DNA from: a virus
Lineage: Duplodnaviria; Heunggongvirae; Uroviricota; Caudoviricetes
Strand: one strand, 5' to 3'
Length of the DNA stretch: 64,000 bases
Virus record (IMG/VR): IMGVR_UViG_3300020050_015720
Part shown: piece after piece, positions 56,545-64,000 of the stretch
Numbering within the stretch: the stretch's first letter is position 1
Layout: each line of letters begins with the position of its first letter
Translations under genes and position numbers: made by a program
The notes under the pieces: generated by a model
What the model was told of the DNA's origin: nothing
Databases searched by the model: none
Seen by the model: the letters and a program-made list of their open reading frames with translations, nothing else

Positions 56545-57675
56545 TCATGTTATAGATTTATACATGGTATAATCCCCGCCACTAGCTTTACAAAGAACAC
56601 TCAAGTCTTTGTTGAATTCACCCAAACTTAATGCATGAACTGGAGCAGCGGGTTTCATTTCTCCAGGGGGATCCTCACCATCATTTATTATGAGTATGCG
56701 TGTGTCCACAGGAACTTTAAAGGTTCCAAACATTCCTTTTTGCAAATCAGTAATGACTTTGGGTAGTATGTGATTTAGATAAGTGTTTCCACCAGAACCA
56801 TCTGTCACAATTTTTTTAAACTCATTAACGCTATGGGCATTTTTTAGTTCAAAGGCCGGACCAAGTGAATACTCAAATGGAGCGATTAATAACCTTAAGC
56901 TTTCTTTTTCAACCTCTTTAAATAGCGACTCTAAAATAGCAGTTAGTTTTGGCACACGTGTGTCAGCACTCATAGAGCCAGAATCATCTAACAAAATAAC
57001 CATTGTTTTGAGATCTTGTTTTGAGCGCAGAGGAAATTTACCAATCAATTGTCTTTGAGCAAGCATTAACTCAAACACGTCGTCATCAACACACAGCTGT
57101 TTAGGGATTACGCGAGCAATCTCCTCTAGTCTGCGGATTCTTCTAAAGTGAACGGCACTCTTGGGTTTACCCTCAACTTTTTTACTATTCGTTTGTTGTT
57201 TAGCAAACACCATGGCTCCACTTTGCTTGATGTATTCTGGAACCTCGTCTACAGCGCCAAAAGGAAGAGAATAACCCTGAAAAAAGTTTCTGATACTTTC
57301 TCCACCCTTATGTCCCCCAGGAAGCATCATTTCTTTTTCAGCTTCGGCTTCCTCAATGGCCTCTTTTACAGCTTTTTCAAATTCTTCTTGAGAAGAATCT
57401 TTATGCTGCTTTATCATATACTGTTCTGCAAGAACTCTTGCTAGTGTATAGACATCTCCTTTTACCTTACTTCCAGCAATAGCCATATCGAGTGCCATGC
57501 TTTTCGTAGACTTCCCACCGCTTACCTGCATTGCTACTGAATATGGATCATTATCCATTGTTAAATGACTCGCAACAGCAGCTGCCGTGGTCAGATAACC
57601 TGTGGAAATGTAATGGTTGGCCTTTTCTGCAGCTTTTTTTAGGAGCTCAGGATCTAGGTTATAAGCTTGGTTCAT
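56545..57675 (-). CDS. von Willebrand factor A (VWA) domain protein (376 aa), partner of the upstream MoxR-like ATPase
   Basis: MIDAS motif DxSxS (VILLDDSGSMSADTR) with downstream T and D ligands. Its ATG overlaps the stop of the AAA gene (ATGA). Confidence 0.7.
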   Translation of the reverse strand: MNQAYNLDPELLKKAAEKANHYISTGYLTTAAAVASHLTMDNDPYSVAMQVSGGKSTKSMALDMAIAGSKVKGDVYTLARVLAEQYMIKQHKDSSQEEFEKAVKEAIEEAEAEKEMMLPGGHKGGESIRNFFQGYSLPFGAVDEVPEYIKQSGAMVFAKQQTNSKKVEGKPKSAVHFRRIRRLEEIARVIPKQLCVDDDVFELMLAQRQLIGKFPLRSKQDLKTMVILLDDSGSMSADTRVPKLTAILESLFKEVEKESLRLLIAPFEYSLGPAFELKNAHSVNEFKKIVTDGSGGNTYLNHILPKVITDLQKGMFGTFKVPVDTRILIINDGEDPPGEMKPAAPVHALSLGEFNKDLSVLCKASGGDYTMYKSIT

Positions 57676-58709
57676 AATTTTGGGATTTCTGTTGCATTTG
57701 CAACTTTTTGAACGTGGTCCTTTAACAGCTGTGAAAGATTCATGGCTGTATTTCGCATACGGTCAGTGTAGACACCCGTTGTTGGGATCCCCTTTATGTT
57801 TTCAAGAGCGCTCTTAGCCTTTCCAAAATGAGCAATAAAATTTGGATCGTTTCGTTCGAAGGCAAATTTTGCTTGAAGAGCTAGACTTTCGGCTTCTTCC
57901 AAGTCTCTTACAAAAGGAACCAAAGCCATCATCTTCTTTAGCTCCTCATACACTTCTGGCTTCTCATGCATGTCATCGAAAGTCTCAACACCACTTAAAC
58001 CTTCAAACTTGATAAGGTCTTGGAAGGCTAGCGCTTCCCTCGGTGCCATTGGGTAATTCATTTGATGGCATTTTTCAAGCATAGCCGCCACAAGTTTGTC
58101 AGGTCGACCTAAATGGGTTAAATAAGCATCCCAGGTGGTAATGTCATACTTGCTCCATTCTACATGAGCTCTGTGTGGAAAACGTTTCAAAAGCGCTTTG
58201 TAACTGTCGACCTCACCCGCCCATTCAACTGGATTGTGATTTGTGCAGATGAACATCGACTGTAATTTTACTGGGGAACAAACATTGTTGATGCAAAGTA
58301 CTTTTGACATCAATGGCTGCTTCATGGTTTCGAGCACGTACGGGGGAGCGTCCAAGCCTTCCTCCAATATGGCGTACTCCTTCTCCATATATATCGTATG
58401 CTCCAATTGGTAGTTGATAGTACCGTCTTCTCGGTACCGTTTCAAGTCCAAGGCACCAACAAAGGGTTCTGTAGGCATTTCCATGCCGCCGTTTGTCTGG
58501 TACACCTGCTGGTAGAACGCAACCTCACCCAAATAGAGTTTCAGGGCCGTTTCGACAATACCAGATTTTGCATGGCCAGGTGGACCATACAGAATACAGT
58601 TTTGTTTTAGTGCCAAGGCACGTATGACCGCATTTATGGCAGGGTCACTTTGGAAGTACCTCTGCTGTAATTCAGCTTTCACTTCCGTTAATTCCATGTT
58701 TATCTTCAT
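57672..58709 (-). CDS. MoxR-like AAA+ ATPase (345 aa)
   Basis: Walker A ILYGPPGHAKSG, a Walker B/DExx-like region (AILEEGLDAPP), and FICTNHNP, which resembles the MoxR 'ATQNP' sensor motif. Confidence 0.7.
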   Translation of the reverse strand: MKINMELTEVKAELQQRYFQSDPAINAVIRALALKQNCILYGPPGHAKSGIVETALKLYLGEVAFYQQVYQTNGGMEMPTEPFVGALDLKRYREDGTINYQLEHTIYMEKEYAILEEGLDAPPYVLETMKQPLMSKVLCINNVCSPVKLQSMFICTNHNPVEWAGEVDSYKALLKRFPHRAHVEWSKYDITTWDAYLTHLGRPDKLVAAMLEKCHQMNYPMAPREALAFQDLIKFEGLSGVETFDDMHEKPEVYEELKKMMALVPFVRDLEEAESLALQAKFAFERNDPNFIAHFGKAKSALENIKGIPTTGVYTDRMRNTAMNLSQLLKDHVQKVANATEIPKL

Positions 58710-58723
58710 GTTTTAAAATTTAG

Positions 58724-58789
58724 GGGTGTGGGACGGATTCGAACCTTCTATAAGTATATAATACCTATAATCACCATTAGAACCACACC
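58724..58789 (-). tRNA. tRNA-like element (about 66 nt) with canonical T-arm and acceptor stem but a compressed D/anticodon region
   Basis: Minus strand reads GGTGTGG...GAAGG TTCGAAT CCGTC CCACACC C. The acceptor halves are perfectly complementary. The middle 32 nt are AT-rich, and the only 5-bp stem I could place gives an anticodon loop ATTATAT (UAU?). No UCA anticodon is present. Confidence 0.35.
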
Positions 58790-58808
58790 TTAGGGGGATT
58801 TTGTAAGC

Positions 58809-59612
58809 CTAATCATACTTAGTTAGGTTATACCGTTTGATTACACTAATTAGTGTATTAGCATAACTTTTATCCGTTGCATAACCTACTTGCTTTAATC
58901 CTTGGGCCCAACGAACGTAGTCGCGTCCGTATTTCTTTAATTTTGCATATCGTCCCGATGACAACAGCTTTGAATGGGCTTCCCAGCTTTGTGCAGGAGA
59001 TTTGAACTTCAAAAAGAAGTCTTTGTGGGTATCGTCCTTATGATTGGTACAATGCCCCTTACCACACTTTTTTGAAAAACACTTCATGCCAAAATGATTG
59101 TTGTTTTGCACCGCTAATTTACTAGTTCCTGCTCTCGATTCAATCAGACCTTGTGCTAAACTGATACTTGCGGGTACTCCATGTTTTCTCCAACCAGCCT
59201 GTGCCGCAGCTTTGTACTTCTGAATATACGCCTGCGCCTGCGTTTTGTAAGCGGTTAAATTCTTTGCCGGAGCTGGTTCTGGTGGATTTTCATCCAGAGT
59301 TTCTTTCTCTCCTACAAATACCGAAGTTTGCGGAATTTCGGGTACAATCTCTTCTTCTGCGTCAGCCTTCTCACTTGAAGCTTGAACGACAGGTACAATG
59401 ATTGTTTTTGGTGGGTTGGTATTTATACTCACCCAAGCACCTATGGTCATAGCGCACATAAGGGTTAATCCAAGGAACACGCCAACGTTGGCCTTTTGAA
59501 TGCCCGACAATCTTTGAAAGATTGCAACAGTAGCATACAACCAATGGACAAACGTCGGTACTGCCTTTTCTTCGGTTGATTTCGACGACGTAATTTTGAT
59601 AATTTGTTTCAT
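58809..59612 (-). CDS. membrane-anchored glucosaminidase-family peptidoglycan hydrolase (267 aa)
   Basis: N-terminal TM segment, an Ala/Pro-rich linker, and a C-terminal domain with LAQGLIESRAGTSKLAVQNNNHFGMK plus a Cys/His cluster. TAG stop. Confidence 0.65.
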   Translation of the reverse strand: MKQIIKITSSKSTEEKAVPTFVHWLYATVAIFQRLSGIQKANVGVFLGLTLMCAMTIGAWVSINTNPPKTIIVPVVQASSEKADAEEEIVPEIPQTSVFVGEKETLDENPPEPAPAKNLTAYKTQAQAYIQKYKAAAQAGWRKHGVPASISLAQGLIESRAGTSKLAVQNNNHFGMKCFSKKCGKGHCTNHKDDTHKDFFLKFKSPAQSWEAHSKLLSSGRYAKLKKYGRDYVRWAQGLKQVGYATDKSYANTLISVIKRYNLTKYD

Positions 59613-59760
59613 ATGTAAAATTTAAAGATGAAAAGAATGAGTAGACTCAAGAACTTCCCTAGTGTGGACAAAACTAGCGCCGAAGTAAATTAAGTACTAC
59701 CCTAAGAACACAAACATCTTTATGCTTGAATTCTCGATAGTCCGGTTGATTACAGTATTT

Positions 59761-60045
59761 TTAACTTCCAAGTTTATCCACCGCCTCTTCTTTCTCGAGG
59801 GCCTTTAGTAACTCAAGGTAATTTTGGTAACGGTCATATGCCGCCTCCACAGAGGACAGAAAGGTGGATTTGTTTTGGTCGAGGGCAATCTCTAGTTGAT
59901 AGAGCGCCTTCTTTTTTGCCAATTGTTTTTTCGTGAGACGAGGCCTCAGTCCTCTAAGGATAAGCGTAATTCCAACAACAAAACAAACGGCAAGAATGCC
60001 GACCATGGCGGGATTTTCAATTATTGTCTGTGGAATCTGTTCCAT
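59761..60045 (-). CDS. small single-pass membrane protein (94 aa), possibly holin/spanin-like
   Basis: N-terminal TM helix (MVGILAVCFVVGITLIL) followed by a charged coiled-coil tail. Sits next to the hydrolase. Confidence 0.35.
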   Translation of the reverse strand: MEQIPQTIIENPAMVGILAVCFVVGITLILRGLRPRLTKKQLAKKKALYQLEIALDQNKSTFLSSVEAAYDRYQNYLELLKALEKEEAVDKLGS

Positions 60046-60475
60046 AGTTGAAATTTAGACCGAACCGTGTCACCTCGATGAGGGCGGTTAAGCCGGTTAA
60101 AAGATCGAATTTACCGCTGGGAGCGTAAAAAGCTACCCAGGCATCAATGACATCAGCGTGTTCACTCTCAGGAAAGTATTTTCCTACGGTGATGAATTCT
60201 TCGGCAGGTGCAGCCAAAATCCTGGCTTTTACCTCAGAAACCTCGTCAATGAGGTCTTGCATTTGGCGGGGTACGCGTACTGCGAGCGAGTTTAACTCTT
60301 TTTTTGCCTCATTTATCGCTTTAGACACGTCTTTTGTGCACGTTCTGTTTGCGCAGGCATATTGAATGTTAAGCACCAAACGATTACGCAGATACGTAAT
60401 GTTTCTGAGTGGTTCTTGAATGAAGTTTTGGGGTTGCTTAGCTCCCCAAGCTGTTATGAGGCTTGTCTCATACAT
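60017..60475 (-). CDS. hypothetical protein (152 aa)
   Basis: Intact ORF. Confidence 0.45.
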   Translation of the reverse strand: MYETSLITAWGAKQPQNFIQEPLRNITYLRNRLVLNIQYACANRTCTKDVSKAINEAKKELNSLAVRVPRQMQDLIDEVSEVKARILAAPAEEFITVGKYFPESEHADVIDAWVAFYAPSGKFDLLTGLTALIEVTRFGLNFNYGTDSTDNN

Positions 60476-60896
60476 GGTAGTAGATTTACGGTGTAAAGGT
60501 TAAAAGTTGAAAATTTGGCAACACCTCAATTTATTTCGTATCTTTGTGTATTGGCCAGGAAAGAGAGCAATCCTGGATCAGCCAAGCAGTAGGTTTGAAT
60601 AGCCTAACACGAGGTGGCTCAGAAGTCGGATTTCTCTTTTTTTGAGGTTTTCTCCGATACCAATAAGAACTAGATAAAGAATATAAATTTGTAGTGATCT
60701 GTAGAAGAGGTAGGTTGTATTACCTAAAAACTCTCCTAGTACGTATTCAATCGTGGCGTTCAGCTGTCTTACGATAAAGCAGTTTCCTTCTACAGTGGGT
60801 TTACTATCGCACTGCTACAAAAACAAATCTTTATTATGAAACAAACAGTCAATCCGACAGGTAGCCTTGGAATGGGCTAGGGGATTGGTATGCACA

Positions 60897-61244
60897 TCAG
60901 GCAACTGATAGGTTCAACACCTTATCAGCATAATCTACCGCAGCTTCGCGGTCTATAGCATAGAATGATTTTGGGTTTGACCAACTAGTGTTAATCAATA
61001 CCTCCTCAGTCGTAATACACCAAAAATTATAGTCAGCTCCATTAGAAGCTTCAAATTTCCGCTGTAGTTGGTCAAAGTCAATCAAGATACCCTTGTCTAG
61101 CCAGTAATGGATAGAGTTCCAGATTAACCTGGAAGCTGCGTCATTCATCATTTTTAGCACTACAATAGCGCCAAGAACAGTGAATGTATTCTTCTGGTAG
61201 ATCTGGCTTAAAGCTTCGGTTCTGACTTTTTGTAGGGCATCCAT
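60897..61244 (-). CDS. hypothetical protein (115 aa)
   Basis: Intact ORF. Confidence 0.45.
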   Translation of the reverse strand: MDALQKVRTEALSQIYQKNTFTVLGAIVVLKMMNDAASRLIWNSIHYWLDKGILIDFDQLQRKFEASNGADYNFWCITTEEVLINTSWSNPKSFYAIDREAAVDYADKVLNLSVA

Positions 61245-61900
61245 AGTACATTAGTGTATAGGCGTGAAATTTGTTGGAGGATGTCTACAGCGTAAGGGTT
61301 ATCAGAGCCCCTTAATTCGCGTTCTAAGACACTTTTATAGGTGGCAAGGGTATCTACCGCTGAATAGTCCAAAAGTAGCTCAGAAACGAAACTACGCATC
61401 TCTGGAGTGAAATTAGCAATGAGTTGTACCCTGGTAACTGTAAAAGCATATTTGGCGGCCCTAATATTGAAGTTTAGGTGCTTATTTGCGAAGCGTTCAA
61501 GCGTCACAACATCCTTATTAAAAGGAGATTTGGTACTTTCTCGAATATAGGTATCGAGTAGATTATACCGTAAATCCTCCATTTTAATGAAGGCAGCTTC
61601 AGATGTTAGTGTTGCATACAGAAGACCTCCAGTACCTTCTGGATAGCTTATGTACAAGTACGGAGCTGGTTGCCCATTTACTGTTGTGTACAACTTAGGT
61701 AGCCGGATGTAACCAGAAGGTACTGAGGTTGTGGCTAAGTTATACAGCATGTAGATGGCAAAGGGCATGAATGGGATGAGTATTATTAATATTGTGCTCA
61801 TAAGTTGTTCAAATATTTGCGGTAATTGAAAAGAAATCTTCCTAGAACACTGGCGTAATGATGCCCAAAAGGATACGTTCCAAACGCTTGGGATGCCCAT
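61208..61900 (-). CDS. hypothetical protein (230 aa)
   Basis: Intact ORF. Its 5' end overlaps the next ORF, so the start is probably internal. Confidence 0.4.
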   Translation of the reverse strand: MGIPSVWNVSFWASLRQCSRKISFQLPQIFEQLMSTILIILIPFMPFAIYMLYNLATTSVPSGYIRLPKLYTTVNGQPAPYLYISYPEGTGGLLYATLTSEAAFIKMEDLRYNLLDTYIRESTKSPFNKDVVTLERFANKHLNFNIRAAKYAFTVTRVQLIANFTPEMRSFVSELLLDYSAVDTLATYKSVLERELRGSDNPYAVDILQQISRLYTNVLWMPYKKSEPKL

Positions 61901-62541
61901 TCAGCATAAGTTGCCCTAGTACCAGACATCTGGACACGATGCTTTCGCATAATATGTACCAGATGTACGCGATCTTTTGGATCAAATAACTCTGGAAGTT
62001 GAAGAGCATCCATAGACCAGTCGAAAAATGGTCGGTTCGCATCAGGCTTAAAGGCAGTGTCTTTAAACAATCCAAAGATCGCAAAACGTTTTGGTAGAAC
62101 CGTGTTATAATAGTACATGTCTAGAATTAGTACTTTTACTTCGGTTGGAAGCATCCCCCTGAGTACTTTGTTCCGTTTATTGTATAGGTAGTGCCCATTA
62201 GGCCCTTGTGCAATATAACGTGTTTCATCCAGTTTTATCCACTTATGATAATCGTTTGCGTAACGATCAACAAGTAATTGGAAAATCCAGAAGAAGCTAA
62301 TTACTGGCCAAAGCAGCAATAGTATAGTTGCGCCAGCAATATCTGAAATGGCAAATGGCTTGTAGAACCAATTTGCTCCGAAATTCAGAATTGCCTCCTT
62401 GTACAATCGGGCGAAATTCACAAAGCTTTCACCAGGACATCTTAGAGTAGGGTCGTGTATTCTGTCACCTATTACAACAAGAGAGGCCATCAGTAATAGA
62501 CCAAATGACGCGTATACTAACAATATCAGTGCTAAAATCAT
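61798..62541 (-). CDS. integral membrane protein (247 aa)
   Basis: Two to three hydrophobic helices at the N-terminus. Confidence 0.5.
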   Translation of the reverse strand: MILALILLVYASFGLLLMASLVVIGDRIHDPTLRCPGESFVNFARLYKEAILNFGANWFYKPFAISDIAGATILLLLWPVISFFWIFQLLVDRYANDYHKWIKLDETRYIAQGPNGHYLYNKRNKVLRGMLPTEVKVLILDMYYYNTVLPKRFAIFGLFKDTAFKPDANRPFFDWSMDALQLPELFDPKDRVHLVHIMRKHRVQMSGTRATYAEWASQAFGTYPFGHHYASVLGRFLFNYRKYLNNL

Positions 62542-62559
62542 TTTAAAGAATTTAAAAGG

Positions 62560-62802
62560 TTAACTCAAAAATCTCCAGAGAACATAAAGCGCAAATACAG
62601 CCAATAAAATTACAAGAAAGGATACTTTTCCTTGATTTTGTTGATTCGCGTAATGTGTCTTTGGATCTCTTGAGCCTGAATTGATTGTGTTTCGCATGTA
62701 CCCTCGGGTTCTTAGCCTATACGAGTGATAGGCTAAGAAAACACCGAAAGAAAGGAACAATGCTAAAACACCGACAGCAAATGCGTCAGGTTGTTGTTCC
62801 AT
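62560..62802 (-). CDS. small membrane protein (80 aa)
   Basis: Two hydrophobic helices. Confidence 0.4.
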   Translation of the reverse strand: MEQQPDAFAVGVLALFLSFGVFLAYHSYRLRTRGYMRNTINSGSRDPKTHYANQQNQGKVSFLVILLAVFALYVLWRFLS

Positions 62803-63257
62803 GGTTCAAAAGCGATTTTTAAGTATGGATTACCCATCGAAAGGATGGTGTTTCCGCACTGGGTGACAGTAAGATGGTATTCTCCAAGCCTTTCATAGCA
62901 AACAACTTGGTACTCTGGTGAATTATCACACGATCCATAATTGTACCAGTACTTATGAATACCAATGGCACGATCATATGCTTCACCGAGCAATGATGGC
63001 TCGGCGATGGAAGTCTTGTACAGGTACAGATCCATTGAACCTGTCTGTACGTCGAGTGCAAACAAGGTATTTTGGATGACAGGTTGTGGAAGATTCGCAG
63101 CACGCTGCGTCCATGGAATACGGTAGGCTTCCCGCAGAGAACTTTGTTCTGGATTCATTCCGGTAATTGAATAGTCCACCGAATAGGTGAGACTTTGTGC
63201 GGGCAGGAAGGCAGTGAGCATTAGGCCCAATAGGCAAAAGATGAATTTTTGTTGCAT
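62763..63257 (-). CDS. secreted protein with signal peptide (164 aa)
   Basis: Signal-peptide-like N-terminus MQQKFIFCLLGLMLTAFLPAQS. Its ATG overlaps the TAA of the upstream gene. Confidence 0.5.
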   Translation of the reverse strand: MQQKFIFCLLGLMLTAFLPAQSLTYSVDYSITGMNPEQSSLREAYRIPWTQRAANLPQPVIQNTLFALDVQTGSMDLYLYKTSIAEPSLLGEAYDRAIGIHKYWYNYGSCDNSPEYQVVCYERLGEYHLTVTQCGNTILSMGNPYLKIAFEPWNNNLTHLLSVF

Positions 63258-63646
63258 TATAAGGATGGTTGTGATTTGTACTTCTTCACCAAGGCTTCTG
63301 CCTCAGTGGTAAGTTGTTTGATTGTTTGCTGTTCTTTGAACTGTTTTTCTCTTTGGGCCTTTCGGCGTTTACGAGCGGCATTTCTGTCAGCTCGTTCAGT
63401 GGAGGATAGTCTTTTCAGACTTCGGCGCTTTTGTTCAGCTTGCTGTAAGATTACAGCGTTTTCACAGGTATTTCTCGCTTCTAAAGCTTTTTCAGCCTTA
63501 GCTTTGAGAGTCGTAACCAGGTCTGCAATCTCAAGTTGAGAGACACGCTTTCCTTTTGATAACGGAAGGACGACTTTATTGTAATAAACACTCTCCGCGT
63601 CCTTTTGCAGGAGAGGGCATTTTGAAAACTTTGGGTATTTAATCAT
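63257..63646 (-). CDS. basic coiled-coil protein (129 aa)
   Basis: Lys/Arg-rich helical C-terminal half. TAA stop. Confidence 0.5.
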   Translation of the reverse strand: MIKYPKFSKCPLLQKDAESVYYNKVVLPLSKGKRVSQLEIADLVTTLKAKAEKALEARNTCENAVILQQAEQKRRSLKRLSSTERADRNAARKRRKAQREKQFKEQQTIKQLTTEAEALVKKYKSQPSL

Positions 63647-63661
63647 TGATGTGTTGTTTAC

Positions 63662-63698
63662 AAAGAAAAAGAGGCCCTATCATTGCGACAGAGCCTCT
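63662..63698 (-). terminator. candidate intrinsic terminator (minus strand)
   Basis: A 6-bp stem (AGAGGC / GCCTCT) with a 17-nt loop. On the minus strand it is followed by TTTTTCTTTG. Confidence 0.5.
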
Positions 63699-63724
63699 AA
63701 ACATGACCACCTTCAATTTTTCAA

Positions 63725-63940
63725 TCACTTTTTTGGGCCTCCTCGTTTCTTAGCTTTTGGAGATCGCAGGTGTTTTCGGTTTGTGTTTTTCCAAGCTTCT
63801 CGCAGTTCTAATCGAACCATGTTTTTGGCAATATTAGCTTGAAATTTACGATTAGCCTGTTGTTCCCAAGCTTCAATTGCTTCCTGGGTCTGTTCAATTC
63901 TTGGGTTTTCCCAAATAGCTCTGTAGCGGAGATCGCGCAT
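63725..63940 (-). CDS. small basic protein (71 aa)
   Basis: Ends at TGA immediately before the terminator hairpin. Lys/Arg-rich C-terminus. Confidence 0.45.
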   Translation of the reverse strand: MRDLRYRAIWENPRIEQTQEAIEAWEQQANRKFQANIAKNMVRLELREAWKNTNRKHLRSPKAKKRGGPKK

Positions 63941-64000
63941 ATCATGTTTCGTTAAAGGTTAAAGAAAAATCCTGGGCAAGTTTCCCTACCCAGGAAGTGT

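Noticed and set aside
58724-58789. tRNA-like element as the TGA suppressor tRNA
   Set aside because: No UCA anticodon can be placed in any plausible anticodon loop, and the body is about 6-8 nt shorter than a canonical tRNA.

Overview
This 64-kb window looks like a fragment of a large tailed phage with crAss-like (Crassvirales-type) architecture, AT-rich (~38% GC). Two convergently transcribed blocks meet at an imperfect hairpin with flanking A/T tracts at about 29.76-29.80 kb. The plus-strand block (1-29745) has eight tightly coupled ORFs. Six are very large (1406, 778, 632, 4095, 1148 and 1444 aa). The 4095-aa giant contains an SF1 (Dda/RecD-like) helicase module, an HExxH motif and a DYDVD (DxDxD) motif of the kind reported for virion-packaged RNA polymerases of crAss-like phages. 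The minus-strand block (29800-64000) carries replication and DNA-metabolism genes: a family A DNA polymerase with 3'-5' exonuclease, an SF2 helicase, a DnaB-like helicase, a zinc-finger/Toprim primase, uracil-DNA glycosylase and PD-(D/E)XK nucleases. It also carries a MoxR-like AAA ATPase next to a VWA protein, a membrane-anchored classical AAA+ ATPase, two glucosaminidase-family peptidoglycan hydrolases, multi-zinc-ribbon proteins and many small membrane or secreted proteins. The central observation is that essentially every minus-strand gene I checked is interrupted by in-frame TGA codons in the same reading frame. The plus-strand block contains no in-frame TGA at all, and all eight of its genes stop with TAA or TAG. 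I read this as TGA being a sense codon in this phage (most likely Trp, translation table 4; Gly, table 25, cannot be excluded), used only in the replication/accessory block. This is the reverse of the usual pattern of late-gene recoding. The ORF track, computed with the standard code, therefore truncates or misses many minus-strand genes. I rebuilt the main ones by hand, and their boundaries carry some uncertainty. No suppressor tRNA(UCA) was found in the window. A short tRNA-like element (58724-58789) and two GC-rich structured islands (39404-39655 and 53870-54065) are noted.
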